A stretch of 64,000 nucleotides of DNA, taken from assembly GCF_009914755.1 (NCBI RefSeq), contig NC_060930.1. One strand, 5' to 3'. Of the stretch, positions 14,580 through 28,416 are shown one piece after another. Both the position numbers and the translations under genes were made by a program. How positions within the stretch are numbered: position 1 is the stretch's first letter; every line of letters starts with the position of its first letter. Under the pieces are notes generated by a model. The model worked only from the letters and a program-made list of their open reading frames with translations. It made no database searches and was not told the origin of the DNA. This DNA is from the human T2T-CHM13v2.0 reference genome, Homo sapiens.

Positions 14580-16560
14580 ATATGTATTCATACATAATGT
14601 AGAGAACATTAAATACAAAAAGAAAATACTGAAAGCTACCCAGAGAAAAAGACAGACTACCCACAAAGAAATACATTACTATCAAAAACTATCAAGTAAA
14701 ACTAAAGCAATATGCAGAAGAAATTTTGTAGCCCTGTGTCCTTTATTATTAAAAAAAAAGAGACTAAAAATGAAAAAAGGAAAAGTAGGCAATAAAAAAA
14801 TTTTAAGAAATTAAATTAAAAGAAAAAGAAAAATCATGTTGCCCTTAAAATCAAAAGCTCTTAGAAAATGAGTAGACAAAAATCTGCAGGGCCATGAGAC
14901 AAAGAGAGAGAGAGGGAGAGAGAGAGAGAAAGAAAAAAAAGTACATTCAATATAGTTACAGAAACAGATTTTTTAATTTCTGAGAAAATGCAAATATACC
15001 AATCTATTTATATCAATGTATTGAATGTGTTAATGAAATGGCTGATTTGTTTTGAAAGTAAAAATTAGCAGAGTTGGCCCGAGTAGATAGAAAATCTATC
15101 ATATAAGAAATAAAGAAATAGTCAAGGATCTGTCCTTTTTAGAAAACACAATAGTCCTAGGTAGTCTTATAGGAAATTTTTAATAGATCTTTATAAAATC
15201 AGTTATTGACATATATTTAAAACAACTTACATATTTAAAAAGGTAAAGTAGTCCAAATCATTATACAATGTAGCATAACTATTACACCAAAATTAGAGGA
15301 AGACAAGTATCCCACTGAAAAAGACAACCATTGTCCGTGCTTGCTGTGAACATACTACAAAAATTACTATGTAGACTACTTGAAGATTAAATCCAGCAAT
15401 TGTATATATACAATTTTATAGAGTATACCAATAAAAGGAATTGAAGGAGAAAATATCTAAATACCTGATCATTTTAACAAATGTTAAAAATAGATAAAAT
15501 GACAAGCCATATTAACCAATCCTCATTTCTCAATTTTAAAAAAACTGAGGTCAGTACTAAAAGAAATATCTTTAATGTCAAAAATTAGCTACAAGAAACT
15601 CATAGCAAATATTATCCTCTATGATGAAACATAAAAAACAATTCCAAAAAGCTTGGGAAAATGCAGATTGTTCACTCTCACCTCTTGTATTCAAGAGTGT
15701 GAAGAAGGTCCTAGCCCTTATAACAAATACATTATTGGAAAGGAAAAGACAAGATGTCCTTATTTTTGAATAATTTCATTACCTATTTTGAAAATGCAAC
15801 AAATGAAAACTTGTGTCCAGCATAATAGCTGGAGCTAGAGCACAACACTTCAACATTTTCTTAAACTTGGACAATAACTTACTAGAAAATTTAATAAATA
15901 AAGTACATTTAGCCGGTGTGGAACAAAGTATAAAATCTGACTAAAAGTCACTTTAAAAAATACATGGGTAAATGCAAAGACAGTATGTTTTTTGATAGAA
16001 TTAATTTTATAAAATGTCAATTCTTAAATTATACAACTATATATAAAAATATACTATCAGGTTATAAGTTTTAAAATATATGAGCTCTGCCAAAATTTTT
16101 AAAAAGAAAAAAATAAATCAATGCAAAGTAATAGAGAGTCTACAAACAAATACGTATCATGGGTAACCAGACTTTGGAGGCAGAGCTGTTGCTCAAGAAT
16201 CCCTGAGCACTGATTCTGCTTTTCCCCATGATACCCATTCCAAGGAATACTAGACAGCTATTGAAAGGAATCAGATATATCCGTTTACATGTATTCACAA
16301 CAGACGTTCCACAAAAGACATATTGCTAAATAAAAACTCAAGTTACGTAACAATGGATTCTAACATGTTGTCATTTGGATGTTAAGTGTGTAAGATGTAT
16401 GTACACTTTTGAATACAAATATATGCACTCATATGCATGCAAGTGTACAGGCAAAAGACAGATATCACAAGGCAAACTGGTAGAAGTGTTCACCATTGGG
16501 AAGGGCAGGAAAATGAAAGATAACTCTTACCTTATATAAATACATTTTTTGTAGTGCTTA
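14580..16560 (+). mobile_element. Fragmented ancient L1ME-like element (ORF1, ORF2 and 3'UTR pieces)
   Basis: A-rich; aaaatactgaaagctacccagagaaaaagacagactacccacaaag, catagcaaatattatcctctatgatgaaac, attggaaaggaaaagacaag. Confidence 0.55.
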
Positions 16561-18829
16561 AATATCGTAGAATTAAATGGACCCATTTTGAAAATAATGT
16601 TGCTTAAAATAAATTATTCGTTTTTGAGGCCTCCTTTACAGAAATTCAAGATAATCTAATGTAAAGCTCTATCAGTGGCAAAAAGCACTAAATCACCAAT
16701 GCTTCTGTCCTCATTGTCTATTCCCTCAAGACTTGGCAAGTCTGACCCGGCTGGAAAAGTTGTACCACCTCTGATTATAAAGGATTAAAATTCACTTTCC
16801 ATCCTTTACCTGGCTTTGTTTTGGGATAATTTCTGAGATTTGCAGCCCTTCAGACTTCCCGTTTCTGTTACTTCTTGAACATTTGATGCTTTCTTTCATA
16901 GACAGGATCTTGGAGTATGATCTTCATTAAGAAATGACTTGTTCTTTTGACCTAGTTAAGGTGATTAAAGTGTGTCCCTTACTGTCATTATTTTGAAGTA
17001 TTTTTCTTGGACATTTAGCCACAAATTTTGCTCTTCTGGGGGCTAAATTTCAAATGTTGTATGTTTTCCAAGGAGCCCAATCAAATGACTTTGGATGAAA
17101 TTCAAGAGTAGAAATTAAGAACAGCACATAATTCTACAACAACTCTTAATTTTTATATCGTCACATATCTCTATATTTTATATTTTCTTTGTTCTGATTT
17201 TGGTAGAGAGAAGGTTTCCCCTGGCTCTAGATAATACATAAACTCTCACAGATTTTCCTCCACATTTTTATTCTGCTTTTCATTTTTTACTTGCTAATCT
17301 ATCTGGAGTTTATATTTGTGTGTGCCATAAAATGAGGATTTAATTTAATTTTTTCCACATGGCTAGCCAATTATGAAAAGACATCATTTAGTAGATAAGT
17401 ACTTATTTCCTACTGAACTATCAGCTTTATAATACATTAACTTTCTATACACAATGGAAAATATTTTTGCTGTATGTATTTTATTCCTTCTGTTTATTTT
17501 TCTCTTCATATATTAATATTTTATTGATCATAGAGGTTTTTTAGCATGCTAGGGATATCTAGAAAAATAAGCAAATATTTAAATTTAAACAAATATTTTT
17601 TCTATATTTTCTCTACCAGAGATTGCTTGATTCTCTACCAGAGATTGCTTGATAAGGTAAACAATCTCTGCAAGCATCATGCTGTCACAAACTGAATACA
17701 TGCAGTAAAGATGGTCAGAAAAAGGAAAGCCACTCAGAATGAGACCTTGGGTCTAATAGACATAAAAAGTATCACTGAGACTAAATCCATAAATGAGTCC
17801 ATATAAAACTGAAACTGAAACATTGTTTGCCCAAGCATCATATTTTCTAGAACAGTTCCCCTGAAGAAACCCAGGACACATAAAGACTCCCGTGCTCTCC
17901 TGTAGCAATGTATTCCAGATGCAAATGAGTAACAAACTCGAGAAGTATGCCTTGCCTGGGAAAGCTGGAAAGATCGCCGGTAAGACTGTTGGGTCAAGTT
18001 CCCCCAATTTTGTAATTCAGAAAATCAAGAATCATCATTGAGATAATTAAATGCTACTTTGTTTAATCTATAGAACAGCGTGTATCACACATTTTGTCAT
18101 AAATGGCCATAAATTTGGTAATATTGGCTCAATCTTTCATAAATAAGGCATGCAATGTTTCTAAGGAGGAAATTTTTTAGTATGATGCCCAAATGTAATT
18201 CTTCCTCATCTTGAAACTCATATCCAACTAGTCAGGACAATCTGCGGTACACCATGTAGAAATAAGAAAGGATTCAAAAGCTTACCTACTTCTTCCTGAG
18301 TGTTGTATAATTTTTTAAACTAGTAGTATCTAATGTGTGTGCATATATGCACACATATGTACATACACGTTTGTTAGTAACCTACTTTGTTCTGGAATGG
18401 AGTGATGGCATTGCACAAAGTTATACAAAATACAGCAAGATAGTATAAATTGAAAATAAGTGAGAAAGAAAAAAGAAAAAATAGAAATGAAGCAAATATA
18501 AAAATTGGTGTCACAAATTCCAATGCACTTAGTACCAGTAGACAACAAATATAGATCTAATATTTCTAGTAAACAATGCAGTGGCCTCATATATGTAGTA
18601 CTTTCGTGTAGATTATCTCCCTACTGTACTGCTTGCAATGGAGGTGAGATAGTCCACTACTCAAATATATATTCTAACTTACAGGTCATCTTGGGATATG
18701 AAGCATTAAGCCTCACAGAATATAATGTATGCCATAAACAAACCTCAGACTTTTCTTGGAAAGTGCTGTAGAAGCATCATGCTTTAGGAACTAAATGGAT
18801 TTATACACAAAAGCATAAGAATTTATTGA

Positions 18830-19040
18830 ATGCCTGCTATATTCCAGGCACTTTGTATCTAAATCATTTATTACTAACAAGCCATTAAGCTGCTTATCAA
18901 TAGCCTTATTTGGTGTAAAAGAAAACTGCAGATCAGAGAAATAAAATAACTTACACAAGATTGCACAGCTAGGAAAAGCCAGCACTGGGGCACATATCCC
19001 AACCTTTGAGCCCAATGTCAGTGTTGCCACTGCTCTACGT
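18830..19040 (-). mobile_element. MIR SINE
   Basis: tttattgaatgcctgctatattccaggcactttg, gaaaactgcagatcagaga...taacttacacaagattgcacagctag. Confidence 0.7.
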
Positions 19041-19349
19041 CAATCCCTAAATAACCAATGGCTTGTTTTAGACTTGATATAACCATGAAGTACTAGCAAT
19101 CCAAAATTTAAGCTCCAAAAGAACTATAAAATAAATATAAACTTCCTTATAGTTGTTTTTATTACTTATATACACTGGATTATCCATTCTAAGTTTATTT
19201 TACACTTAAGATTTAACTTTTTAATAATTTTAGGTTTAGTAAACATTTCCGTAATAGTAATGATAGAGTGACACCAGCAAGATGGCAAAATAGGAAGCCC
19301 TAGACCCTTCATCCCCCCACAAACACACCAATTTGACAACAGTTGATGG

Positions 19350-19456
19350 GGAATTCCCATTCGGGTACCCCCCTCTCTCTCACAAGAGAGAGAGCTGTTC
19401 TCCTTTCTCTTTCTTTTGCTTATTAAACCTCCACTCCTAAACTCAAAATAAAAAAA
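19350..19456 (+). mobile_element. Processed (polyadenylated) ERV1 LTR R-region retrocopy
   Basis: LTR-like gagagctgttctcctttctctttcttttgcttATTAAAcctccactcctaaactc, then an A-tail (19445-19458). TSD aacagttgatgg 19338-19349 / aagagttgatgg 19457-19468. Confidence 0.75.
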
Positions 19457-19589
19457 AAGAGTTGATGGACAAATTCCAAAACCTAGAAACCAGTTGAGAG
19501 GTTCCTGTGCCACAGGTGTGCATGAAACTACTCACATCAAAGCTGGGGTAGAAAAATTTGATACCTCCAGGACGGTGCCATATGATCAG

Positions 19590-20730
19590 AGAAAACTCAG
19601 CTCCCCGCTTCTTCCCAGGAAGGGAAACAGGTGAACATGTTCAATGCTCCAACTTTTCTAGAGGTTACCCTAAGGAGTACTTTCTGTCTAGAATGCCTTG
19701 GAATGCTGACAATACCTGTCTTATTATAGCCACCTAGGGCCAGTGAAAACCGAAATACTGATTTGGGCTAGCAGTTGCCATAGTCCATAGCCCCCCTTCA
19801 CTGCATCAGCACAGAATGAGATAACAAAAGTCTTCAGATCCCAGTTCCTCCCTAGGGATTACCCAGAGGACTGTTTTCTGTCTAGCCTGTCATGGAGGTG
19901 AGATCTGACTTAATATGGCCTTGTATAGGCAGTGAGAACAAAGACAACAGTGTGGGCTGGCATCGCCACAGACCCATACCTTTTCCTCTGGTTCAACACC
20001 ATGAGCGGATGAAAAACGTCAGCTCTCAACTTGACCTTTGGGAGGGAAAGAGGTAGATTACATGTCCAATGCCCCAACTTTTCTGGGGGTTACCCAGAGG
20101 ACAGGTATCTGTCTAGCCTGTCTTGGAATACTGACAAGACCCAGAAAAATCTAGCCACCTGGAGTCACTGAAAACAGAGATGGCAGTGCAGGCTGATATG
20201 TCACCATAGCCAGGCCTTCAGCCTGGCTCAGCACAGAAGGAATGGACAAAAAGCCATCTCTCAGTCTTTCCCTGGGGAAGAAAAAAGGTGAATTATGCAT
20301 CAAATGCCCAACTTTTTGGTGTTATCCAGAGGACTGGCTTCTGTATAACTTAGAGCATTTATAAGACCCAGCATAATCAAGCCACCTGGAGGCAAGTAAG
20401 AGCAGAGACAGTGGTTTCATTTAGCACACAACTAATCACCACCTTCTTTCACTCCCTGCCCTGCCCCACACACAGATCCACACAGTGTGAATAGGTGAAA
20501 AACCCAGGTCTCAGCTTCAGCTTCTCCTTGTGGAAGGGAGGGGTTGCGTGACAGAGCATCCATGAGCCAACTTTTGGGGAAGCTTCTTGAGGAATGGGTT
20601 TCAGTCTTGTTTGTCTTGGAGCACTGACAGGACACAGTGTGTTATAACTGCCTAGGGGGTCTCTAAGAACAAAGAAAGCATGTTGAACCAGCACAAAGTT
20701 TGGAGAGTTCTCCAGGATCTCTGGCTGGGC
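19590..20730 (+). repeat. About five diverged ~230-260-bp monomers forming the old L1 5'UTR
   Basis: Recurring anchor ccaacttttct..gttacccagaggac near 19649, 19859 (partial), 20074, 20308 and 20567. Confidence 0.75.
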
Positions 20731-21398
20731 TGATCTTCCCAGGCAGGAGGCCAGTCTGTGAAGACTGGAAGAGATGACCGTTTTGCCTAATGCACAGACA
20801 ACAATGCAGAGAGTCAAGGAAAATGAAAAAGAAAAATAGGGAAATTACCAACTCTAATGAAACAAAGTTATTTTATTTACCTGATAGAGAATTTAAAACA
20901 GCCATCATTTGCTATGTTCAGTGAGATCAGAAGAAAAAAGAGAGAATTTCAACAAGGAGATTGGAAATATTTTAAAGTACCAAATACAAATCAAGGAGAT
21001 GAAGAATACAATAATTGAATTTAAAAATGTGCTACAGGGATTCAACAGCAGGCTAAATCAAGCAGAAGAAATGATTACCAAACTCAAAGAAAGGTCATTG
21101 GATATTATTCAGGCTGAGGAGAAATAAAAATTAAAAATGATGAAGAAAGCTTAAGGGATGTATGGGACACCATATGAAAGACTAACATATGCATTAGGGG
21201 AGTTCAAGGATGAGAGAAGAAAAAGACCAGAAAGCATAATCAAAGAACTAATGGTCAAAAACTTACCAAATCTGGGGAAGCAAAAGAACATCAGATCCAG
21301 TAAGCTTAAAGAGCCCCAATAAGATAAACCCAAAAAAATCTAAAATAAGATACATTATTGTTCAATTGTCAAAAGTCAAATACAAAGAGAATTTTGAG

Positions 21399-21788
<390 letters not shown>

Positions 21789-22572
21789 TCAGAAGGGAGT
21801 GGAATGATATATTGAAAGTGTTGAAAGCAAAACAACAAACAAACAAGAATACTATATGCAGCAAAACTATCCTTCAAAAACAAAACAGAGATAAAGTTAT
21901 TCCACACAAAAGCTGAGGGAGTCCATCACCACTAGATCTGCCTTACAAGTAATGCTATAAGAAGTTATTCAAGTTGAAATGAAAGAATGCTAAACAGCAA
22001 CACAATCGTATTAAAAAAGTACAAAAACTCATTTGTTAAGGCAAATACCAAGACAAATACAGAACATTGTATTATTGTAGTAGTGGGGACACAATCACTT
22101 TAAATTCCAGTTTAAAAGTCAAAAGCAATGACAATTAAAATTATCAAAAGCAACTACAACTAAAAATATATACTAACAGATGCATAATATGACTGGATGT
22201 AAGTTATGACATCAATAACATAAAGTGGGAGGGGAATATTAAAAGTGTAGAGTTTTTGTATGTGTTTGAAATTATTATCAGCTTAAAGTAGACTATTATA
22301 ACTATAAAATATTTCTTGTGAGTCCCATGGTACCATAAAGAAAATACCTATAAAAGTTACATTGAAGAGAAAAAGGAATCAAAGCATATCCATAATGAAA
22401 AACAACAAGATACAAAGGAAGCTTGCAAGAGGAGAAAAAGGGATCAAAGAACTACAAGAAAAATAGAAAATCGTTAACAAAATGGCAACTTTAAATACTT
22501 CTCTATCAATAATTACTTTAAATGTAAATAGATTGAAATACCCAATCAAAAAACATAAAACACCTGAGTCGA

Positions 22573-23561
22573 TTTTTTTTATCTCAAAAGAAGGTATTTT
22601 ATTGATGGTGGCTTGTGTTATTATCATCATTATTATCACCCCTTTCAATTTTTTTTTATTATACTTTAAGTTTTAGGGTACATGTGCACAACGTGCAGGT
22701 TTGTTACATATGTATACATGTACCATGTTGGTGTGCTGTACCCATTAACTCGTCATCTAGCATTAGGTATATCTCCCAATGCTATCCCTCCCCCCACCCC
22801 ACAACAGGCCCTGGTGTGTGATGTTCCCCTTCCTGTGTCCAAGTGTTCTCATTGTGCAATTCCCACCTATGAGTGAGAACATGTGGTGTTTGGTTTTTTG
22901 TCTTTGCGATAGTTTGCTGAGAATGATGGTTTCCAGCAAAGGACATGAACTCATCATTTTTTATGGCTGCATAGTATTCCATGGTGTATATGTGTCACAT
23001 TTTCTTAATCCAGTCTATCATTGATGGACATTTGGGTTGGTTCCAAGTCTTCGCTATTGTGAATAGTGCTGCAATAAACATACGTGTGCATGTGTCTTTA
23101 TAGCAGCATGATTTATAATCCTTTGGGTATATACCCAGTAATGGGATGGCTGGGTCAAATGGTATTTCTAGTTCTGGATCCTTGAGGAATCACCACACTG
23201 TCTTCCACAATGGCTGAACTAGTTTACAGTCCCACCAACAGTGTAAAAGTGTTCCTATTTCCCCACATCGTCTCCAGCATCTGTTGTTTCCTGACTTTTT
23301 AATGATTGCCATTCTAACTGGCGTGAGGTGGTACCTCACTGTGGGTTTGATTTGCATTTCTCTAATGGCCAGTGATGATGAGCATTTTTTCATGTGTCTG
23401 TTGGCTGCATAGATGTCTTCTTTTGAGAAGTGTCTGTTCATATCCTTCACCCACTTTTGGATGGGGTTGTTTGTTTTTTTCTTGTAAATGTTTTTGAGTT
23501 CATTGTAGATTCTGGATATTAGCACTTTGTCAGATGAGTAGATTGCAAAAATTTTCTCCCA
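22573..23561 (-). mobile_element. 5'-truncated L1PA3/4-like insertion carrying a 68-bp 3' transduction
   Basis: L1 3' end antisense 22649-23561, non-L1 segment 22581-22648, outer poly(T) 22573-22580. TSD ctgagtcgatttttt 22564-22578 / ctgaatggatttttt 23562-23576, followed by AAAA (endonuclease TTTT/AA). Confidence 0.88.
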
Positions 23562-25463
23562 CTGAATGGATTTTTTAAAAAAGATCTATTAAAACTATAT
23601 GTCCTCTACAAGAATCTCACTTTAGATTTAACAGCAAACACAGGCTGAAAGTGAAAGGATGGAAAAAGTATTCCATGCTAATGGCAACAAAGAGAGCAGA
23701 GGGCAGAGGTGGCTACACTTGAGCAAAATAGACTCTGAGTTAAAAAAAAAAAAAAAAGGCACCAGACACCAAAAAAAGACACTATATAATGATAAAAAGT
23801 TAAATTCACCAGGAAGTTTTAACAATTATAAATATATATGCACCCAACACAAGAATACAAATGTAAAGCAAACATTAACAGATCTGAAGGGAGAAACAGA
23901 CAGGAATAAAATAATAATAGAAGACTTTAATACCCCCACTTTCAATAAAAGACAAAACATCCAGGCAGAAAATTAACAAGGAAATATTAAACTTAACAAT
24001 GTCATAGACCAAATTGACCTAACAGACATATACAGAACATTCCACCCAATGGCAGCAGAATACACATTCTTCTCAAGCACTCAAGAAATATTGAGGATAG
24101 ATCACATGCTAGGGCCCAAAACAAGTCTTTAAAAATTTAAGATTGTAATCATACCAAGCATCTTTTCCAACCACAATGGAATGAAACCAGAAATCATTAA
24201 CAGAAGGAAAACTGGAAAATTCACAAAAGTGTGGAAATTAAACAATATATTCTTAAACAACCATTGGGTCCAATAAAAAATCAAAAGAGAAATTAGAAAA
24301 TATTTTGAGAAAATGAAAACACAACATACTAGCATTTATGGCATTCAGCAAAAGTAGTACCAAAAGGGAAATGTGTAGTGATAAACATCTATACTAAAAG
24401 CAAATAACTCAAATAAACAACCTAACTTTACACCTCAAGGAACTAGAAAAAGAACAAACTAAGTCCAAAGTTACCAGAAGTAAGGACATACTAAAGATTA
24501 GAGCAGAAATAGATAAAATAGAAAACTAATAGCAAAAACATTAACGCAACTGAGAGTTGGGTTTTTTTTAAAAGACCAAAAAAAATCAACAAACCTTTAG
24601 CTAGACTAAGAAAAAAAGAGAGAAGGCTCAAATTTGAAAAAATCACAAATTAAAGAAAATATAACTGATGCAACAGAAATAAAAAAAGATCATGAGACTA
24701 CTATAAATAATTTTATACCAACAAAATGAGTAACCTAGAAGAAATGGATAAGTTTTTAGAAATATACAGCCTACTAAGATTCAGTCATGAAGATATAGAA
24801 AGTCTGAATAGACCTAAAATTTGTAAGGAGATTGAATCAGTAATCAAAAGCCTCCCAACAAAGAAAAGCCCAGGACCAGATGGCTTCATGGATGAATTCT
24901 ACCAAACATTTAAGGAAGAATTAACATCAATCCTCAAATTCTTCAAAAAAATTGAAGAGGAGGAAACACTTCCAAATTCATTTTATAAGATCAGCATTAC
25001 CCTGGTATCATACCAGACAAAGATATCATAAGAAAAGAAAACTAAAGGCCAATATTCCTGATGAATATTGGACAAATATTGGTCTTGGCAATGACTTTAT
25101 GAAAGTAACAACAAAAGCACAGACAAAAAGCAAAAAAAGACAAGTGGGACTACATCAAACTAAAAACTTCTGCACAGCAAAGGTAACAATCAACAGAGTG
25201 AAAAGATAGCCTTAGGAATGAAAAAAAAATTGCAAACCCTATATCAAATGAATTAATTTCTAAAATATATATAGAACTCAATAGCAAAAAAATGAATAAT
25301 CTGATTTTAAAATGAGCTAAAGTCTTGAATAGACATTTCTCTAAATAAGCTATACAAATGGCCAACAGTTGTATAGAAAGATGCTCAGCATCACTAACCA
25401 GAAAAATACAAAGCACAACCACAATAAGATAACACCTCACACCTGGTAAGAATGGCTATTGTT

Positions 25464-25770
<307 letters not shown>

Positions 25771-27724
25771 CTATTATTTAAAAACCAAAAGACAAGTGCT
25801 GGTGAGAATGTGAAGAAATTCCAACCCTAACACGCTATTGCTGAGAATGCAAAATAGTAAAGCCACTATGAAAAAAGTATGAGTATTTCTCAAAAAATTA
25901 AAAATAGAACTACCATATGATCCAGCAATCCCACTTTTGGGTAGTTATCCAAAAAATTGAAATTAGGATCTCAAATACATATATTAGTACTGCAATGTGC
26001 ATTACTATTTACAATTGCCAAGATATGGAAATAACCTAAATGTCCATCAACAGATGAATGAAGAAAGAAAATGTAGTATAAACATATAATGGAATATTAC
26101 TCAACCTTAAAAAAAGAAGGAAATCATGCAATATGTAAAAACATCGATGAGCCTTGAGGACATTACAAGGCTAAGTGAAATAAGCCAATTACAGAAAGCC
26201 AAATACTGCATGATTTCACTTATATAAGGTATCTAAAATATTCACTGATAATCAGATGGTAAAATGGTGGTTTTCAAGGTTGCAGGGAGGAGGAAATGCG
26301 GAGTTGCTAATAAAAGAATATAAAGTATCAATTATGCAAGATAAATATGTTTTAATGGTCTGCTGTACTACATTGTCCCTACAATTAACAGTACTGTATT
26401 TTACACTTAAAAATTTGTTAAGAGGGTCTCATGTTAAGCATTCTTACCACAGTAAAAGAATATTGAAAAAGTAATAATAATGATAATAACAGTTTAGTCC
26501 CTTCAACTCTGATATTCCATGATTTTATGCTCCTAAATATTACATATCAGTTTACATGAATCACACGATTATTTTAAGGTATGTTTTGTGTATTTCGTAT
26601 AAATATCTAATTTTCAGATGGAAAAAATTAAAAAGGGAGTTTCTTCTCTAATGTGTCTAGTCTCCTGATGTTCAATTCCCTGACAATAAAGACGAATAAA
26701 AATTTCCAAAGTAAAGGTTTTATAATTGACATGCAAAATTACTCTAAACAAAAACAAATATTTTCTCCACCTCAGTAGCTAAAGCTATCCAACATATAAC
26801 AAATAAACTATTTAACAAAATATTTTGCCAATATTTTGGCAAAATAACGAAAAAGAACTTAAGGAAAGTTTAGGTTTTGTTAATAGGTTTTTTAAAATCC
26901 ACGGATTAAAAAGTTATTGAAATTAATCAAATGAGTAAAAAAATGTAAATAAATATATTGAGGCAGAATAAATATCATATCAAAAATATAGTAGAGAATA
27001 CTCTAAGTGAAAAGACAACCTAATACAGTGCAAACTAGAAAGGCAAAACTCCTGATTGAGGTAAAAATAAGAAAAAAATATAATATCAAGGAATCTGTAT
27101 TTCATATTGAAAAAAAGATTGTGGACCAATAAATTCTATCCTCCAATAATGTAAAATAGGTAATTAATATTCTGCTGAAAATTAAACTGGAAGTTTCTGG
27201 TCCCAGATTTAATCTAAATCCTCTCACATCCTAAGTAGTCCTCAAATCTCATTCCTTGGTGAGAAAAAAAGAAAAATTAAGATAACACATTTCTTTTTGA
27301 CAAATACATTTAAACACCCATTCTTCACCAAATAAGCACAACTATGTTTAGTCTGCCATTAACATTGACTCTGAGTGACTGAGTGAGGCAGGCACTCAGA
27401 AAAAATCATCAAGGGCCCACACTAAAAGGAATTAGAGATTATCTTAATCTAAACTTCTTATTGTTGCGTTGAGAAAAATTGGAGCCACAAGGTTTTTGTG
27501 CCATGTTACACAATTTCCACGTGGCAGAGCCTAGAGCCTAAACTTAAACCCATGTATCTCGACTTCTGGTCTTCTTTCCACTATGACCTTCTGAGTTCTT
27601 GTTCAGTGGAAAGAGTTCCAAGCTACAAATCATGAATGGTTGCCAACCTTGAATTGACCATCAGGAATGAAGACCATGATTCTAGAGAGAAGGTAGACAT
27701 AGCACTACTCATAATTGCGCATGC

Positions 27725-27776
27725 TATGTTAGTTTTCTATTGCTGCTGTAAGACATTACCAGAAGCTCAGGGGCTT

Positions 27777-27828
<52 letters not shown>

Positions 27829-28258
27829 TTGTTATCTTATACTCCTGCATGTTAGAAGCCCAGCACGGGTCTCATTGGCTAAAAACCAAGGTGTTGCAGG
27901 GCTTCATTACTTTCTGGAGATTGTAGGGGGACGTCTGTTTCCTTGCCTTCTCTAGCTCCTAGACACTACCCGCATTCCTTGGCTGATGGTCCCCTTCCTC
28001 CATTTTAAATGCTTTCAATGTTTCATCTCTCTGGTAATTTTGTCCACGGTCAGATCTCCTCTTATTTTGGCTACGGCATAGAATGGTTCTCTGCTTTTAA
28101 GGATTCCTGTGATTAGAATGAGCCCATGTGAATAATTCAAAATAATCTTTTCCATCTTAAGGCCCATGCCCTTAATCACATCTTTGAGATCTTTTTTGCA
28201 ATGTAAGGTAACACACTGGGCATAAACATCTTTGGGAATCATCGCTGTGCCTACCACA
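27725..28258 (-). mobile_element. MLT1D-like MaLR LTR containing a CA microsatellite
   Basis: ttagttttctattgctgctgtaa...ggctaaaaaccaaggtgt...cttaatcacatct...gcctaccaca. Confidence 0.8.
27779..27827. repeat. (AC)24 microsatellite
   Basis: Read directly. Confidence 0.97.
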
Positions 28259-28416
28259 TAGGCCCTTGGCACAATTATGCAGACGGGAACATTTTTTTTC
28301 AGCCTTCCTTACTTTCTTTCCTTCTTCCATCCCCTTGCCTATTTCCCTAGCCCCTAACTGTTTCCCTAGCCCCTAACCCCTGGAATTCTGGTAATTATTT
28401 TGGTAAAATTAATTGG

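Noticed and set aside
18336-18355. 20-bp palindrome tgtgtgcatatatgcacaca
   Set aside because: Part of an alternating purine-pyrimidine low-complexity stretch where palindromes arise trivially.
19590-20730. CRISPR-like or satellite array
   Set aside because: Units are long, diverged along their whole length, and lie between an L1 5' motif and ORF1 in eukaryotic DNA.
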